A DNA stretch of 64,000 bases. It comes from Candidatus Eiseniibacteriota bacterium. Lineage in GTDB: Bacteria; Eisenbacteria; RBG-16-71-46. The number at the start of each line of letters is the position of its first letter. Within the stretch, counting starts at the first letter, position 1. This document shows, in pieces, positions 1 to 9,344 of this stretch. The position numbers and the translations under genes are program-made. The notes beneath the pieces were generated by a model, which had not been told where the DNA came from, ran no database searches, and worked only from the letters and a program-made list of their open reading frames with translations. The stretch spans positions 1-64,000 of the forward strand of contig JANMQY010000092.1 of NCBI GenBank assembly GCA_031370785.1, written 5' to 3'.

Positions 1-545
1 CGATTGTCGGGATCCGCCACCTTGCCGCTCCACAGCACGTTGTCGATGGCGATGAGACCGCCAGGGCGCAGGAGCCTCAGGCACGCCTCGTAGTAGGCGT
101 CGTAGCCGGTCTTGTCGGCGTCGATGAACGCGAAGTCGAAAGCGTCCGCGCCGCCGTCCTTGAGGAGCGCGGCGAGCGTGTCCTTCGCGGGGGCGATGCG
201 CAGGTCGATGCGGTTCGCGACGCCGGCCTCCGCCCAGTAGCGCTTCGCGATCGCGGTCCACTTCTCGCTCACGTCGCAGGCGATGAGCTTGCCGTCAGTG
301 GGGAGTGCGGCGGCCACGGCCAGCGCGCTGTAGCCGGTGAACGTGCCGATCTCGATGGTGCGCTTCGCGCCGATCAGCCGCACCAGCAATGCGAGGAACG
401 CGCCCTGGTCGGCGCCGATCTGCATTCCGGCCTCCGGCAGCGCTTCGGTTTCGGCGCGCAGTCGCTGCTGCACCGAGGTCTCGCGATGGATCGTGGTATT
501 GACGTAGGTCTCGACGGCGTCGGACATGACGGAGCGCTTGATCAT
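1..545 (-). CDS. SAM-dependent O-methyltransferase, caffeoyl-CoA OMT-like (3' end runs off window)
   Basis: Manual translation from ATG 545: MIKRSVMSDAVETYV...MQIGADQGAFL...IEIGTFTGYSAL...FDFAFIDADK...IAIDNVLWSG. Confidence 0.92.
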   Translation of the reverse strand, partial: MIKRSVMSDAVETYVNTTIHRETSVQQRLRAETEALPEAGMQIGADQGAFLALLVRLIGAKRTIEIGTFTGYSALAVAAALPTDGKLIACDVSEKWTAIAKRYWAEAGVANRIDLRIAPAKDTLAALLKDGGADAFDFAFIDADKTGYDAYYEACLRLLRPGGLIAIDNVLWSGKVADPDN

Positions 546-615
546 GGCGTTTCCTCTTTCGAAGCGGGCTGAATCGCGGAACGACTCGCGCGTAGCGTAG
601 GCGGGCGGCGGGCGT

Positions 616-645
616 TTGTCACCGATCGCTCCGAGCGGCTAGTTT
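616..645 (+). promoter_or_regulatory. Putative sigma70 promoter, probably leaderless transcript
   Basis: TTGTCA-N18-TAGTTT, ATG 654 follows after 8 nt, no Shine-Dalgarno. Confidence 0.45.
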
Positions 646-653
646 TGCGGCAC

Positions 654-887
654 ATGGACTCTCAGCGCATCCTCGCCCAGCTCTTCGGCCGTCCGCGCGT
701 ACTCATCGGCATGCTCCACCTCGCGGGGTGGATTGCGACCGGCCAGATCGAGGGCGCACTCGAACGCGGCGTGATCTCGGCGGGACTCGCCCTCGAAGGG
801 GTGGGCGCCCAGGGCTTCATGGGTGTCAACCCCGAGATGGCCGAACGGCGGCGCCGCGAACGGTTCCCCGCGCACGGTCTCCCATGA
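654..887 (+). pseudogene. Chimeric relic: BtpA/SgcQ-like N-terminus fused to PfkB-kinase-like C-terminus
   Basis: LFGRPRVLIGMLHL resembles the BtpA start; LAGWIATGQIEGALERGVISAGLALEGVG resembles the PfkB terminal helices; stop overlaps psuG start (ATGA). Confidence 0.55.
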
Positions 888-1819
888 GCGAGCGATTCCT
901 GATCGCGGCGCCGGTCGCCGAAGCCCTGGCCGCGCGTCGGCCGGTGGTGGCGCTCGAGACCACGGTGGTTACTCATGGACTGCCGCATCCGGATGGCGTC
1001 CGCGTGGCGCTCGAGCAGGAGGCCGAGGTGACGCGGGCCGGCGCCCTGCCCGCGACCATTGGCGTGCTGGAAGGCGCGGTGCGGGTCGGGCTCACCCGCG
1101 ACGAGCTGGAGCGCCTCGCTGCCACGCCCGACGTCGCCAAGCTCAACTTGAGCAACTTCGCCGCGGTCCTCACCTCGGGCCGCGCGGGCTCGACCACCGT
1201 CGCGGCAACGGTGTTCGCTGCCGCGCGCGCGGGCATCGAAGTGTTCACGACCGGAGGCATCGGTGGGGTGCACCGCGGGGCCGAGCAGACCGGTGACGTG
1301 AGTGCCGATCTGACCGCGCTCGCGCGTCATCCGGTCGCGGTGGTCTGCGCCGGCGCCAAGGCGGTGCTCGACCTGGCGAGGACCATCGAGATGCTGGAGA
1401 CGCTGGGAGTGCCGGTCTACGGATTCGGAACCGACCGGTTCCCGGCGTTCTACAGGCGCGACAGCGGGCACGGCGTGGATGCGCGCATGGACTCGATCGC
1501 CGACCTCTCGCGCGCGGTGCGCGAACATTTCACGCTGGGCTTGGGCACCGGTGTCGTGATCGCCAATCCGATTCCGATCCAGAGCGAGATGAAGGCCGAG
1601 GTCTACGGGCCCGCGCTCGAGCGTGCGCTCGCCGACGCCGAAGCACGCGGCGTCCGCGGGCGCGCGGTCACTCCGTTCCTGCTCGATCGCATGCGCGAGT
1701 TGACCCTGGGATCGAGCGTCGAGGTGAATCGCGCGCTGCTCGCCAACAACGCTCGTGTCGCGGGCGAGCTGGCGGTCGCGCTCGCGGCCGGCGGCCGGTC
1801 GCGGGTGCTGGCGGAGTAG
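884..1819 (+). CDS. psuG: Pseudouridine-5'-phosphate glycosidase
   Basis: VVALETTVVTHGLP, STTVAAT, TGGIGGVHRG, DVSADL, CAGAKAVLD, VTPFLL, NRALLANNA; start ATG 884. Confidence 0.93.
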   Translation: MSERFLIAAPVAEALAARRPVVALETTVVTHGLPHPDGVRVALEQEAEVTRAGALPATIGVLEGAVRVGLTRDELERLAATPDVAKLNLSNFAAVLTSGRAGSTTVAATVFAAARAGIEVFTTGGIGGVHRGAEQTGDVSADLTALARHPVAVVCAGAKAVLDLARTIEMLETLGVPVYGFGTDRFPAFYRRDSGHGVDARMDSIADLSRAVREHFTLGLGTGVVIANPIPIQSEMKAEVYGPALERALADAEARGVRGRAVTPFLLDRMRELTLGSSVEVNRALLANNARVAGELAVALAAGGRSRVLAE

Positions 1820-2065
1820 CCGATGTGGCCGCGTCGCATGCCCGGCCGGGCCGGCTGAGCCTCGGCCCAGCCTCGACGCGGCACGCACGTCCCTGCGGAT
1901 TGCGGCACACATCCGCTCGTACTGTGCCGACCGACGCTCGTCCGGCGCGCATTGCCGCGCGGGAGAGTCGAGAGCAAGCTGCCCTGCGTCAGCGTTCCCA
2001 GATCCAACCCGTTCGCCGCGCCGGTCGAACATTCTGCCGCGGCCGTAATCGCGCGAAGATCAGCG

Positions 2066-2091
2066 CCAACCTTTGCACCGGCGGGTCCGTC
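2066..2091 (+). promoter_or_regulatory. Putative ECF-sigma promoter
   Basis: CCAAC-N17-CGTC about 45 bp upstream of ATG 2135; similar motifs at 20280-20304 and 58652-58677. Confidence 0.4.
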
Positions 2092-2134
2092 AAAGCCGCG
2101 TGGATCGCACGACCCCTGACCCTGGAGCCGCCCA

Positions 2135-4780
2135 ATGTTCTCGACCACCGCCTTCTCCCTGGTGCTGCTGGCGACCACGCCGCAGGCCGCCCAGCTCGAC
2201 AGCATGTTTGCGGCCCTCCCTGAGATCCACGCGCGCCGCCTGACCGGGACGATCTCGGTGGACGGCGTCCTCAGCGAAGCCGACTGGCAGTCCCTGACGC
2301 CGGTGACCCGCTTCATCCAGGGCGAGCCCAATCAGGGCGCCGAGCCGACTCAGCTCACCGAAGTGCGGGTCGCCTACGACGATGCGGCGCTCTACGTCGG
2401 CGCGCGCATGCACGATACGCATCCCGACTCGATCCTGGCGCGCCTGTGCCGCCGCGATGTCTCGGTTCCCGCCGACAAGTTCTCGGTATTCGTCGATCCG
2501 TTCCACGACAAGCGCAACGGCTACTACTTCCAGGTGAACGCCGCGGGCACCCAGTACGATGGCACGCTGTTCAACAACGACTGGGACGAGAGTTCGTGGG
2601 ACGGCGTCTGGGAGGGTCGCGCGAAGACCGATGCACAGGGCTGGACGTGCGAGATGAGGATTCCGTTCTCGCAGATGCGCTTCCAGAAGAAGGACCAGTA
2701 TGTGTGGGGGATCAATTTCCGCCGCGACATCCAGCGCACCAACGAGCGCGACTGGGTGGTGTTCGTGCCCAAGAATGAGAGCGGCTTCGTGTCGCGCTTC
2801 CCTTCGCTGCTCGGCATCGAGCGGGTTGCGCCCGGGCGCTACCTCGAGATCCTGCCCTACATGACCTCGCGCGCGGAGTACCTGAGCCACAAACCCGGTG
2901 ATCCGTTCAACGACGGCTCACGCTTCAAGGGCGAGATGGGCGGCGACCTGCGTACTGGCATCGGCAGCAACCTCACGCTCAACGCGACCGTGAATCCGGA
3001 CTTCGGACAGGTCGAAGTGGACCCCGCGGTGGTGAACCTGAGCGATGCTGAGACCTTCTTCGAGGAGAAGCGCCCGTTCTTCGTCGAGGGCGCGACCATC
3101 TACAACTTCGGGAATCAGGGGGCGAACAACTACTGGGGATTCAACTGGCCCGAGCCGAAGTTCTTCTACACGCGCCGCATCGGACGTGGCCCGCAAGGCT
3201 CGATTCGCAACGATGCGACCTACGTCGACGCACCGACCGGCACGCGCATCCTCGGGGCGGCGAAGTTGACCGGCAAGGTGCTGAACGGCTGGAGCATCGG
3301 CACCCTCCACGCCATGACCGAGCGCACCGAGGCCCGGCTCGACGTCGGCGGCACGCGCATGAAATCCGAGATCGAGCCGCTCACCTACTATGGCGTCGAG
3401 CGCGTGCTCAAGGATTTCAATCACGGCCGGCAGGGCGTGGGCTTCATGTCGACGCTCGCCACGCGAGTGTTCGACGACTCCAGGCTCGCCGATCAACTGA
3501 ACAAGGAATCGTTCATGGGCGGCATGGACGGCTGGACGTTCCTCGACAAGAACAAGACATGGGTGGTTTCGGGCTGGTCGGTCGTGTCGCACGTGGGTGG
3601 CAATCGGGCGCGCATCACCGGGCTCCAGCAGAACCCCCGCCACTACTTCCAGCGTCCCGACTCGAAGAGCCTCGAGGTCGACACCACCGCGACATCGCTG
3701 AACGGACTCGGCACGCGCCTGTGGCTGAACAAGCAGAATGGCCGGGTCATCTTCAACTCGGCGGCCGGGTTCATGAGCCCGAACTTCGATGTCAACGATG
3801 TGGGATTCCAGAGCCGGGCCGGAGTGGCCAACGCGCACGTGGGCGGCGGGTACAAGTGGACCGAGATCGGCAAGTACAAAGAGTACTCCGAGCTGATCTC
3901 GGCCGTGTTCGGCAGCGTGAACTACGATGGTGACATCACGAATGCCGGTGTCTGGATGGGCAGCTTCCAGGAGTTCCGCAATCACTTCAGCTGGAACAAA
4001 AGTGCGATCTACAGTCCCAAGCGCTACAACGATCGACTGCTGCGCGGCGGGCCGTCGGTGAAGATGCCGGAGACCTGGGAGGCGAGTACGTTCATCGACA
4101 CCGATGGCAAGGCCAGGCGCTTCTACTTCCTCAGCACCGGCGTCAACGACGACGCGACGCACGCGCTCGGCTGGTACTTCAATCCCGGCGTCGAGTTCAA
4201 GCCGACCTCGAGCCTGGTCCTGAGGGTCGGCCCGAACTTCGCCAAGAATCGTGAGGATGTGCACTACATCGGCACCTACACCGACCTGCTCGCGACCGCG
4301 ACCTACGGCAAGCGCTACGTGGTGGCCACTCTCGACCAGACCACCTTCTCGACCGACGTCACGCTCAACTGGTCATTCACGCCGAAGCTCAGCCTGCAGC
4401 TGTTCGCGCAGCCGCTGATCGCTTCGGGGTCCTATCACGAGTACCGCGAGCTGTCTGCGCCGCGCACCTACGACTTCCTGACCTATGGGACCAATGGATC
4501 GACGCTGGGCCCCGGCGTGGTCGCGGATCCCGACGGTGCAGGGCCGGCCGCTCCGATCGCGATCGGGAACCACGATTTCAACGAGCGCTCGCTACGCGGC
4601 AATGCCGTGCTGCGCTGGGAATACATGCCCGGCTCGGCGCTGTTCCTGGTGTGGACCCAGACTCGCGACGACAAGGAGCCCATCGGCGACTTCGAGTTCG
4701 GCCGCTCGGTCCATCACCTGCTCGATGCGAAGGCGAACAACATCTTCCTCGCGAAGGCTTCGTACTACTTCAACCTGTGA
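2135..4780 (+). CDS. Exported CBM9-like/DUF5916 protein (probable outer-membrane protein)
   Basis: Signal peptide; VDGVLSEADW, YDDAALYVGA, WTCEMRIPFSQMRF, WGINFRR, TVNPDFGQVEVD, FFEEKRPFF; C-terminal YYFNL. Confidence 0.85.
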   Translation: MFSTTAFSLVLLATTPQAAQLDSMFAALPEIHARRLTGTISVDGVLSEADWQSLTPVTRFIQGEPNQGAEPTQLTEVRVAYDDAALYVGARMHDTHPDSILARLCRRDVSVPADKFSVFVDPFHDKRNGYYFQVNAAGTQYDGTLFNNDWDESSWDGVWEGRAKTDAQGWTCEMRIPFSQMRFQKKDQYVWGINFRRDIQRTNERDWVVFVPKNESGFVSRFPSLLGIERVAPGRYLEILPYMTSRAEYLSHKPGDPFNDGSRFKGEMGGDLRTGIGSNLTLNATVNPDFGQVEVDPAVVNLSDAETFFEEKRPFFVEGATIYNFGNQGANNYWGFNWPEPKFFYTRRIGRGPQGSIRNDATYVDAPTGTRILGAAKLTGKVLNGWSIGTLHAMTERTEARLDVGGTRMKSEIEPLTYYGVERVLKDFNHGRQGVGFMSTLATRVFDDSRLADQLNKESFMGGMDGWTFLDKNKTWVVSGWSVVSHVGGNRARITGLQQNPRHYFQRPDSKSLEVDTTATSLNGLGTRLWLNKQNGRVIFNSAAGFMSPNFDVNDVGFQSRAGVANAHVGGGYKWTEIGKYKEYSELISAVFGSVNYDGDITNAGVWMGSFQEFRNHFSWNKSAIYSPKRYNDRLLRGGPSVKMPETWEASTFIDTDGKARRFYFLSTGVNDDATHALGWYFNPGVEFKPTSSLVLRVGPNFAKNREDVHYIGTYTDLLATATYGKRYVVATLDQTTFSTDVTLNWSFTPKLSLQLFAQPLIASGSYHEYRELSAPRTYDFLTYGTNGSTLGPGVVADPDGAGPAAPIAIGNHDFNERSLRGNAVLRWEYMPGSALFLVWTQTRDDKEPIGDFEFGRSVHHLLDAKANNIFLAKASYYFNL

Positions 4781-4866
4781 GGTTGGCTCTGCTCTGAGCG
4801 GGGCATCGTCCGCAGGCCCCGTGAAGATTCGAGGTCCGTCGCGCAGGAGCGACCCGGCGGACCAAC

Positions 4867-4905
4867 GCACGAAGCCCGGCGCAAATGCGCCGGGCTTTCG
4901 TGTGC
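4867..4905. terminator. Hairpin terminator between convergent genes
   Basis: AAGCCCGGCGCA-AA-TGCGCCGGGCTTT inverted repeat. Confidence 0.7.
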
Positions 4906-4925
4906 CTCATCGCGCAGGGGGGATG

Positions 4926-5885
4926 TCAGCGCGACAGGATGATCTTTCGTGTGATCGGCTTCTGTTGCCCGGGAACGTAAAGGCGCACGAAGTAGATTCC
5001 GTTGCGCGCCTGCGATCCATCGTCCTTCCGTCCGTTCCAGAACTCGCCGTACGAGCTGGCGGAACGCCGCTCGTGGACGATCGTCCGGACCCTGCGGCCC
5101 TGCAGGTCGAAGATCGACAGATCCACGAGGCCGCCGCGCGCCATCTCGAACTGGAGATTGAGACACTGCGTGAACGGGTTCGGATACGGGTCTTCCAGGA
5201 AGTTGACGAGGCTCGAAGGGCGCGGGATCGGCACGCTCGCGACCGCCCCGCCGATAGTGCTGTCCTGGTAGGTGTAGATATGATCGCCGCCGCAGATCGA
5301 GCAGCTGTCGCCGTTCGCGGCGTTGCCCGCCACGAAGAAGTAGACCTTCGTGCTGTCCAGCGGCGCGATCCAATCAAAGTGCCATTCGATCGGGCCGTGC
5401 TGTCCGTCCTGATTCTCGCCCTTGTGAATGTCTTTGTAGGTGTGCTCGATGTAGACGCGGCGCTTGAATACCGAAGATGAGGCTGGCGAGTAGCGAATGA
5501 TCTTCAGAGAGTCGGGCGGAGTTCCCGTCGACGAGAACGTCCCGGCGCTGTCGCCGGTAGTGGCCTTGACGGCGGTCAGCTGGAAGCCCCACTTCACCAT
5601 GGAATCGGGCGGAGTCAGACTCCAGTTGTAGTTGAGCTGGACCGTCAGCAGGTAGGCATGGCCGGGCGCATACGCCGGGGGAATGCCGGCGATTCTCAGC
5701 GAACCATTGGGATCGCTGTTCACCGCGCCCGCATGGCAGATCGTGCAGTTGTTTTCCGCGGGCTTGCCCCCGACCGCAAAACCGCCGGTGCGGGTCAGAG
5801 GCGGCCCCGTGGAAAACGCGTGAGCAAGGGCTGCTCCACCGATGAGCACAGCGATAACCGCTGCCCTGATGATGGTGTGACGCAT
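4926..5885 (-). CDS. Secreted Reeler-like (choice-of-anchor V) protein with FlgD/T9SS-A-like C-terminal domain
   Basis: Signal peptide MRHTIIRAAV...AHA; FSTGPP..TGG..ENNCTICH, WGFQLTA, FFVAGNAANGD; tail PYPNPF...IFDLQGRRV...WNG...GIYFVRL. Confidence 0.8.
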   Translation of the reverse strand: MRHTIIRAAVIAVLIGGAALAHAFSTGPPLTRTGGFAVGGKPAENNCTICHAGAVNSDPNGSLRIAGIPPAYAPGHAYLLTVQLNYNWSLTPPDSMVKWGFQLTAVKATTGDSAGTFSSTGTPPDSLKIIRYSPASSSVFKRRVYIEHTYKDIHKGENQDGQHGPIEWHFDWIAPLDSTKVYFFVAGNAANGDSCSICGGDHIYTYQDSTIGGAVASVPIPRPSSLVNFLEDPYPNPFTQCLNLQFEMARGGLVDLSIFDLQGRRVRTIVHERRSASSYGEFWNGRKDDGSQARNGIYFVRLYVPGQQKPITRKIILSR

Positions 5886-6090
5886 GGTGCAGCCTCCCCA
5901 TGGGGGTGTAGAGAGGTTCGGGCAGCAAAACAGGCAGCGTAGAGAATAGCCGATCCACCAGTCGTTTTGCGCTAGAAAACTTGGGCAGATTTGGGCCGAT
6001 TTTTCTGGTGGGCCGCGCCGTAGCCGGCGCCGCCTCGAGCCCCTTCCGGAACGCTCGTCACCGCCGCGAGCGGGGGCGGCTGTCCCCGGC

Positions 6091-6119
6091 TTCACGACCG
6101 CGCCGCCGGCCGCTATACT
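6091..6119 (+). promoter_or_regulatory. Putative sigma70 promoter of mqnE-rhodanese
   Basis: TTCACG-N17-TATACT. Confidence 0.55.
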
Positions 6120-6145
6120 GCGCTCCCCTTCCACTTGGAGAGTGC

Positions 6146-7303
6146 ATGATCGCCCCGTCCCGACGCTTCGTCTCGGAACTCAGATCGCGCCATACGGCCG
6201 TCGAGGCCGCCCGGCAGACGCTTCTCGACGGAGGCCAGCTCGGCCAGGAAGAGGGTGTCCGCCTGTACGAAGCGCCGGTGCTGGAGCTGGGTCGGCTGGC
6301 CAACGCGTTGGCGCGCGACCGGCACGGGGATCGCGTCTATTTCACGGTCAACCGCCAGCTCAACCCGACCAACGTGTGCGTGCTGGCCTGCCGCTTCTGC
6401 GACTACGCGAAGAAACCGGGTGCTCCGGGCGCCTACACCATGTCGCGCGATGAGATCGTCGCTCACGTGGATCCGGAGATCACCGAGATCCACATCGTGG
6501 GCGGGCTTCACAATAAGTGGCGCTTCGATGACTACCTCAACATCATCCGCTGGGTGAAAGAGGCGAAGCCGGACCTGAGCGTCAAGGCCTTCACCGCGGT
6601 CGAGATCGACTTCTTCTGCCGCCTCACCCGCAAGCCGGTCGAGTGGGTGCTCGAAGAGCTGCGTCAGGCGGGTCTCGACGCGTTGCCCGGCGGAGGCGCC
6701 GAAGTCTTCAGCGAGCGCGTGCGGCGCGAGATCTTCCATCAGAAGATCGGCGCGCAGCGCTGGCTCGAGATCCACGAGATCGCACACCGACTGGGAATTC
6801 CCTCCAATGCGACCCTGCTCTACGGGCACATCGAGACCCGCGCCGAACGCGTCCAGCACCTGATCCTGCTGCGCGAGCTCGAGGAGCGCGCCCCGGGCTT
6901 CTTCGCGTTCATCCCGCTCGCGTTCCAGCCGGGCGTCACCGGGCTCGTGCGCCGGCAGGCCTCGGCGATCGAGGACCTGAAGACCATCGCGATCTCGCGA
7001 CTGGTGTTCGACAACGTTCCCCACGTGAAGAGCTACTGGATCATGCTCGGGCAGGACACCGCCGGGGTGGCCCTCAACTTCGGCGCCAGCGACATGGACG
7101 GCACGATCGGGCAGGAGAAGATCGCGCACGCCGCCCTCGCGCGCAGCCCGGTCGGCATGGCGGAGGCCGGCATGGTGCAGGCCATCCGCGAGGCCGGCAA
7201 GATTCCGGTGCAGCGCGACGCGCTCTATCGCGTGGTGCGCGAGTACGGCACGGACGGCGAGCCGCTGCTCGCGCCGCACGCCGCGACCCCGGCCGCGAGC
7301 TGA
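6146..7303 (+). CDS. mqnE: Aminofutalosine synthase (radical SAM, CofH family)
   Basis: LNPTNVCVLACRFC, PGGGAEVF, SNATLLYGHIET, FIPLAFQP, KSYWIMLG, DGTIGQEKIAH; GGAG RBS before ATG 6146. Confidence 0.85.
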   Translation: MIAPSRRFVSELRSRHTAVEAARQTLLDGGQLGQEEGVRLYEAPVLELGRLANALARDRHGDRVYFTVNRQLNPTNVCVLACRFCDYAKKPGAPGAYTMSRDEIVAHVDPEITEIHIVGGLHNKWRFDDYLNIIRWVKEAKPDLSVKAFTAVEIDFFCRLTRKPVEWVLEELRQAGLDALPGGGAEVFSERVRREIFHQKIGAQRWLEIHEIAHRLGIPSNATLLYGHIETRAERVQHLILLRELEERAPGFFAFIPLAFQPGVTGLVRRQASAIEDLKTIAISRLVFDNVPHVKSYWIMLGQDTAGVALNFGASDMDGTIGQEKIAHAALARSPVGMAEAGMVQAIREAGKIPVQRDALYRVVREYGTDGEPLLAPHAATPAAS

Positions 7304-7307
7304 CGGC

Positions 7308-7685
7308 GTGGCCCACGCCCATAGCCCCGGATTCCTCGCGCTGGTCACCGACGCGAAGTCCAGAATCCGCGAAATCGAGATTCCTGAGTACCAGCGCCGC
7401 ATCGCAGCGGGCGAGAAGTTTGTGCTCGTGGACGTGCGCGAAGACCGGGAGTGGGCGAAAGGGCATCTGCCCGGTGCGGTCCATCTCGGCAAGGGCGTCA
7501 TCGAGCGCGACATCGAGACGCGCTGCCCGGACAGGGGAACGCCGCTCCTGTGCTATTGCGGCGGAGGGTTTCGCAGTGCTTTGGTGGCGGACAACCTCCA
7601 GAAGATGGGCTACACCAACGTGATCTCACTCAATGGAGGGTTCCGCGGCTGGAGCGAGCGCGGGCTCGAGATCGCGCAGGACTGA
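7308..7685 (+). CDS. Rhodanese-like sulfurtransferase
   Basis: VDVREDREWAKGHLPGA, YCGGGFRSAL, SLNGGFRGW. Confidence 0.9.
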   Translation: MAHAHSPGFLALVTDAKSRIREIEIPEYQRRIAAGEKFVLVDVREDREWAKGHLPGAVHLGKGVIERDIETRCPDRGTPLLCYCGGGFRSALVADNLQKMGYTNVISLNGGFRGWSERGLEIAQD

Positions 7686-7699
7686 CGCCGCCCGCTGCC

Positions 7700-7741
7700 C
7701 GCGTGCATTTCCCGCGCGCGTCGCGTGCATTCCCCGCGCGC
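7700..7741. repeat. 20-bp tandem direct repeat (22-bp period)
   Basis: CGCGTGCATTTCCCGCGCGC and CGCGTGCATTCCCCGCGCGC. Confidence 0.8.
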
Positions 7742-7799
7742 ATGACGTAGGTTCGGCTCGCCTGCATCCCGACACGCGCTCCCGTCCACGGAGGGACAT

Positions 7800-9341
7800 T
7801 TGTTCGAGCCGCTCGCCCCCACGACGCGCCCCGATCCGCAGCAGGTACTGGAGTCGGTCTTCGGCTACCACGAATTCCGACCCGGGCAGCGCCGCATCAT
7901 CGACGCGGTGCTGGCAGGTCGCGATTGCATCGGGGTGATGCCGACCGGCGCGGGCAAGTCGCTCACCTTCCAGCTGCCGGCGAAGATCCTGCCCGGTGCG
8001 GTGCTCGTGATCTCGCCGCTGATCTCGCTGATGAAGGACCAGGTGGACGCGCTCGTGCGCCTCGGCTTTCGCGCTGCGGTGATCAATTCGAGCGTGTCCT
8101 TCCAGGAGCGCCGCGAGCGGCTCGCGCAGCTGCGCCGCGGCGAGCTGGAGCTGGTGTACGTCGCGCCCGAGGGCCTGGAAGGCTCGCTGCGCTCGCTGAT
8201 CGCCGACTGCAACGTCAGCCTGGTGGTGGTGGACGAGGCGCACTGCATCAGCCACTGGGGTCACGATTTCCGTCCGGCCTATCGCAGGCTTTCCGGGCTC
8301 AAGGGCCAGCTGGGCGACATTCCGGTGCTGGCGCTCACCGCGACCGCCACGCGCCGCGTCGCGGCCGACATCATCCGCGAGCTGGGAATGACGAAGCCCG
8401 AAGGTTTCAAGGGGTCGTTCTTTCGCTCGAACCTGATCGTGACCGCGCAGAAGAAGGGCGCGACCCCGGCGGGGCCGGGGCGCAACACGCGCCGCGACAT
8501 CCTCGGCATCGTGCATCGGCACGCGGGCGAGAGCGGCATCGTGTACTGCCTGAGCCGCAAGTCGGTCGAATCGACGACCGAGTGGCTGTGCCAGCAAGGG
8601 GTCAAGGCCGCTGCCTATCACGCGGGCCTTGCCGACCACGTGCGCGCCGAGAATCAGGACGCGTTTGCGCGCGATGAGGTGGACGTGATCGTGGCCACGG
8701 TCGCGTTCGGCATGGGCATCGACAAGAGCAACGTGCGCTACGTCATCCACCGCGACATGCCGAAGAGCGTCGAAGCCTGGTATCAGGAGATCGGGCGCGC
8801 GGGCCGCGACGGCCTCGAGAGCGATTGTGTGCTCATGTACTCATGGTCCGACGTGATCGGCTACGAGGCGTTCCTCGGCGGCATCGAGAATCCCGAGGTG
8901 CGCGAGGAGACGCGGCGCAAGACCGTCGAGCTTTTCCGCATGGTGGATCGCGGCGGCTGCCGGCATCAGGCGCTGGTGCGCCACTTCGACGAGACGATCG
9001 AGCCGTGCGGCGCATCGTGCGACGTGTGCCGTGGAGCCGGGGTCGAATCGCTGGTCGCGGCTCCGCCCCGTGGCGCCTTCGCGGCGCGCGCCGGTGGCGG
9101 GCGCATCGCACAGGCACTGATCGAGAATCCGGAAGTGTTCGAGCGGTTGCGCGCGCTGCGCAAGCGGCTCGCGGACGCCGAAGGCGTGCCGGCGTACATC
9201 GTGTTCAGCGATGCGGTGCTCAGGCAGATGGCCGAGCAACTGCCGCAGACCAGGAGCGCGATGCTGCTGCTCTCAGGAGTCGGTCCGGTCAAGCTCGATC
9301 GCTACGGCGACGCATTCCTCGAGGCGCTCAACCGGGGCTGA
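7800..9341 (+). CDS. recQ: RecQ-family helicase (short form: helicase, Zn-binding, HRDC)
   Basis: MPTGAGKS, VVDEAHCISHWGHDFRP, ATVAFGMGIDK, QEIGRAGRDG, CGASCDVC, HRDC-like VPAYIVFSD; TTG start with GGAGG. Confidence 0.93.
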   Translation: MFEPLAPTTRPDPQQVLESVFGYHEFRPGQRRIIDAVLAGRDCIGVMPTGAGKSLTFQLPAKILPGAVLVISPLISLMKDQVDALVRLGFRAAVINSSVSFQERRERLAQLRRGELELVYVAPEGLEGSLRSLIADCNVSLVVVDEAHCISHWGHDFRPAYRRLSGLKGQLGDIPVLALTATATRRVAADIIRELGMTKPEGFKGSFFRSNLIVTAQKKGATPAGPGRNTRRDILGIVHRHAGESGIVYCLSRKSVESTTEWLCQQGVKAAAYHAGLADHVRAENQDAFARDEVDVIVATVAFGMGIDKSNVRYVIHRDMPKSVEAWYQEIGRAGRDGLESDCVLMYSWSDVIGYEAFLGGIENPEVREETRRKTVELFRMVDRGGCRHQALVRHFDETIEPCGASCDVCRGAGVESLVAAPPRGAFAARAGGGRIAQALIENPEVFERLRALRKRLADAEGVPAYIVFSDAVLRQMAEQLPQTRSAMLLLSGVGPVKLDRYGDAFLEALNRG

Positions 9342-9344
9342 GAT

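Noticed and set aside
7800..9341. recQ as another internal-deletion relic (no winged-helix segment)
   Set aside because: Short RecQ variants are common and all catalytic motifs are intact
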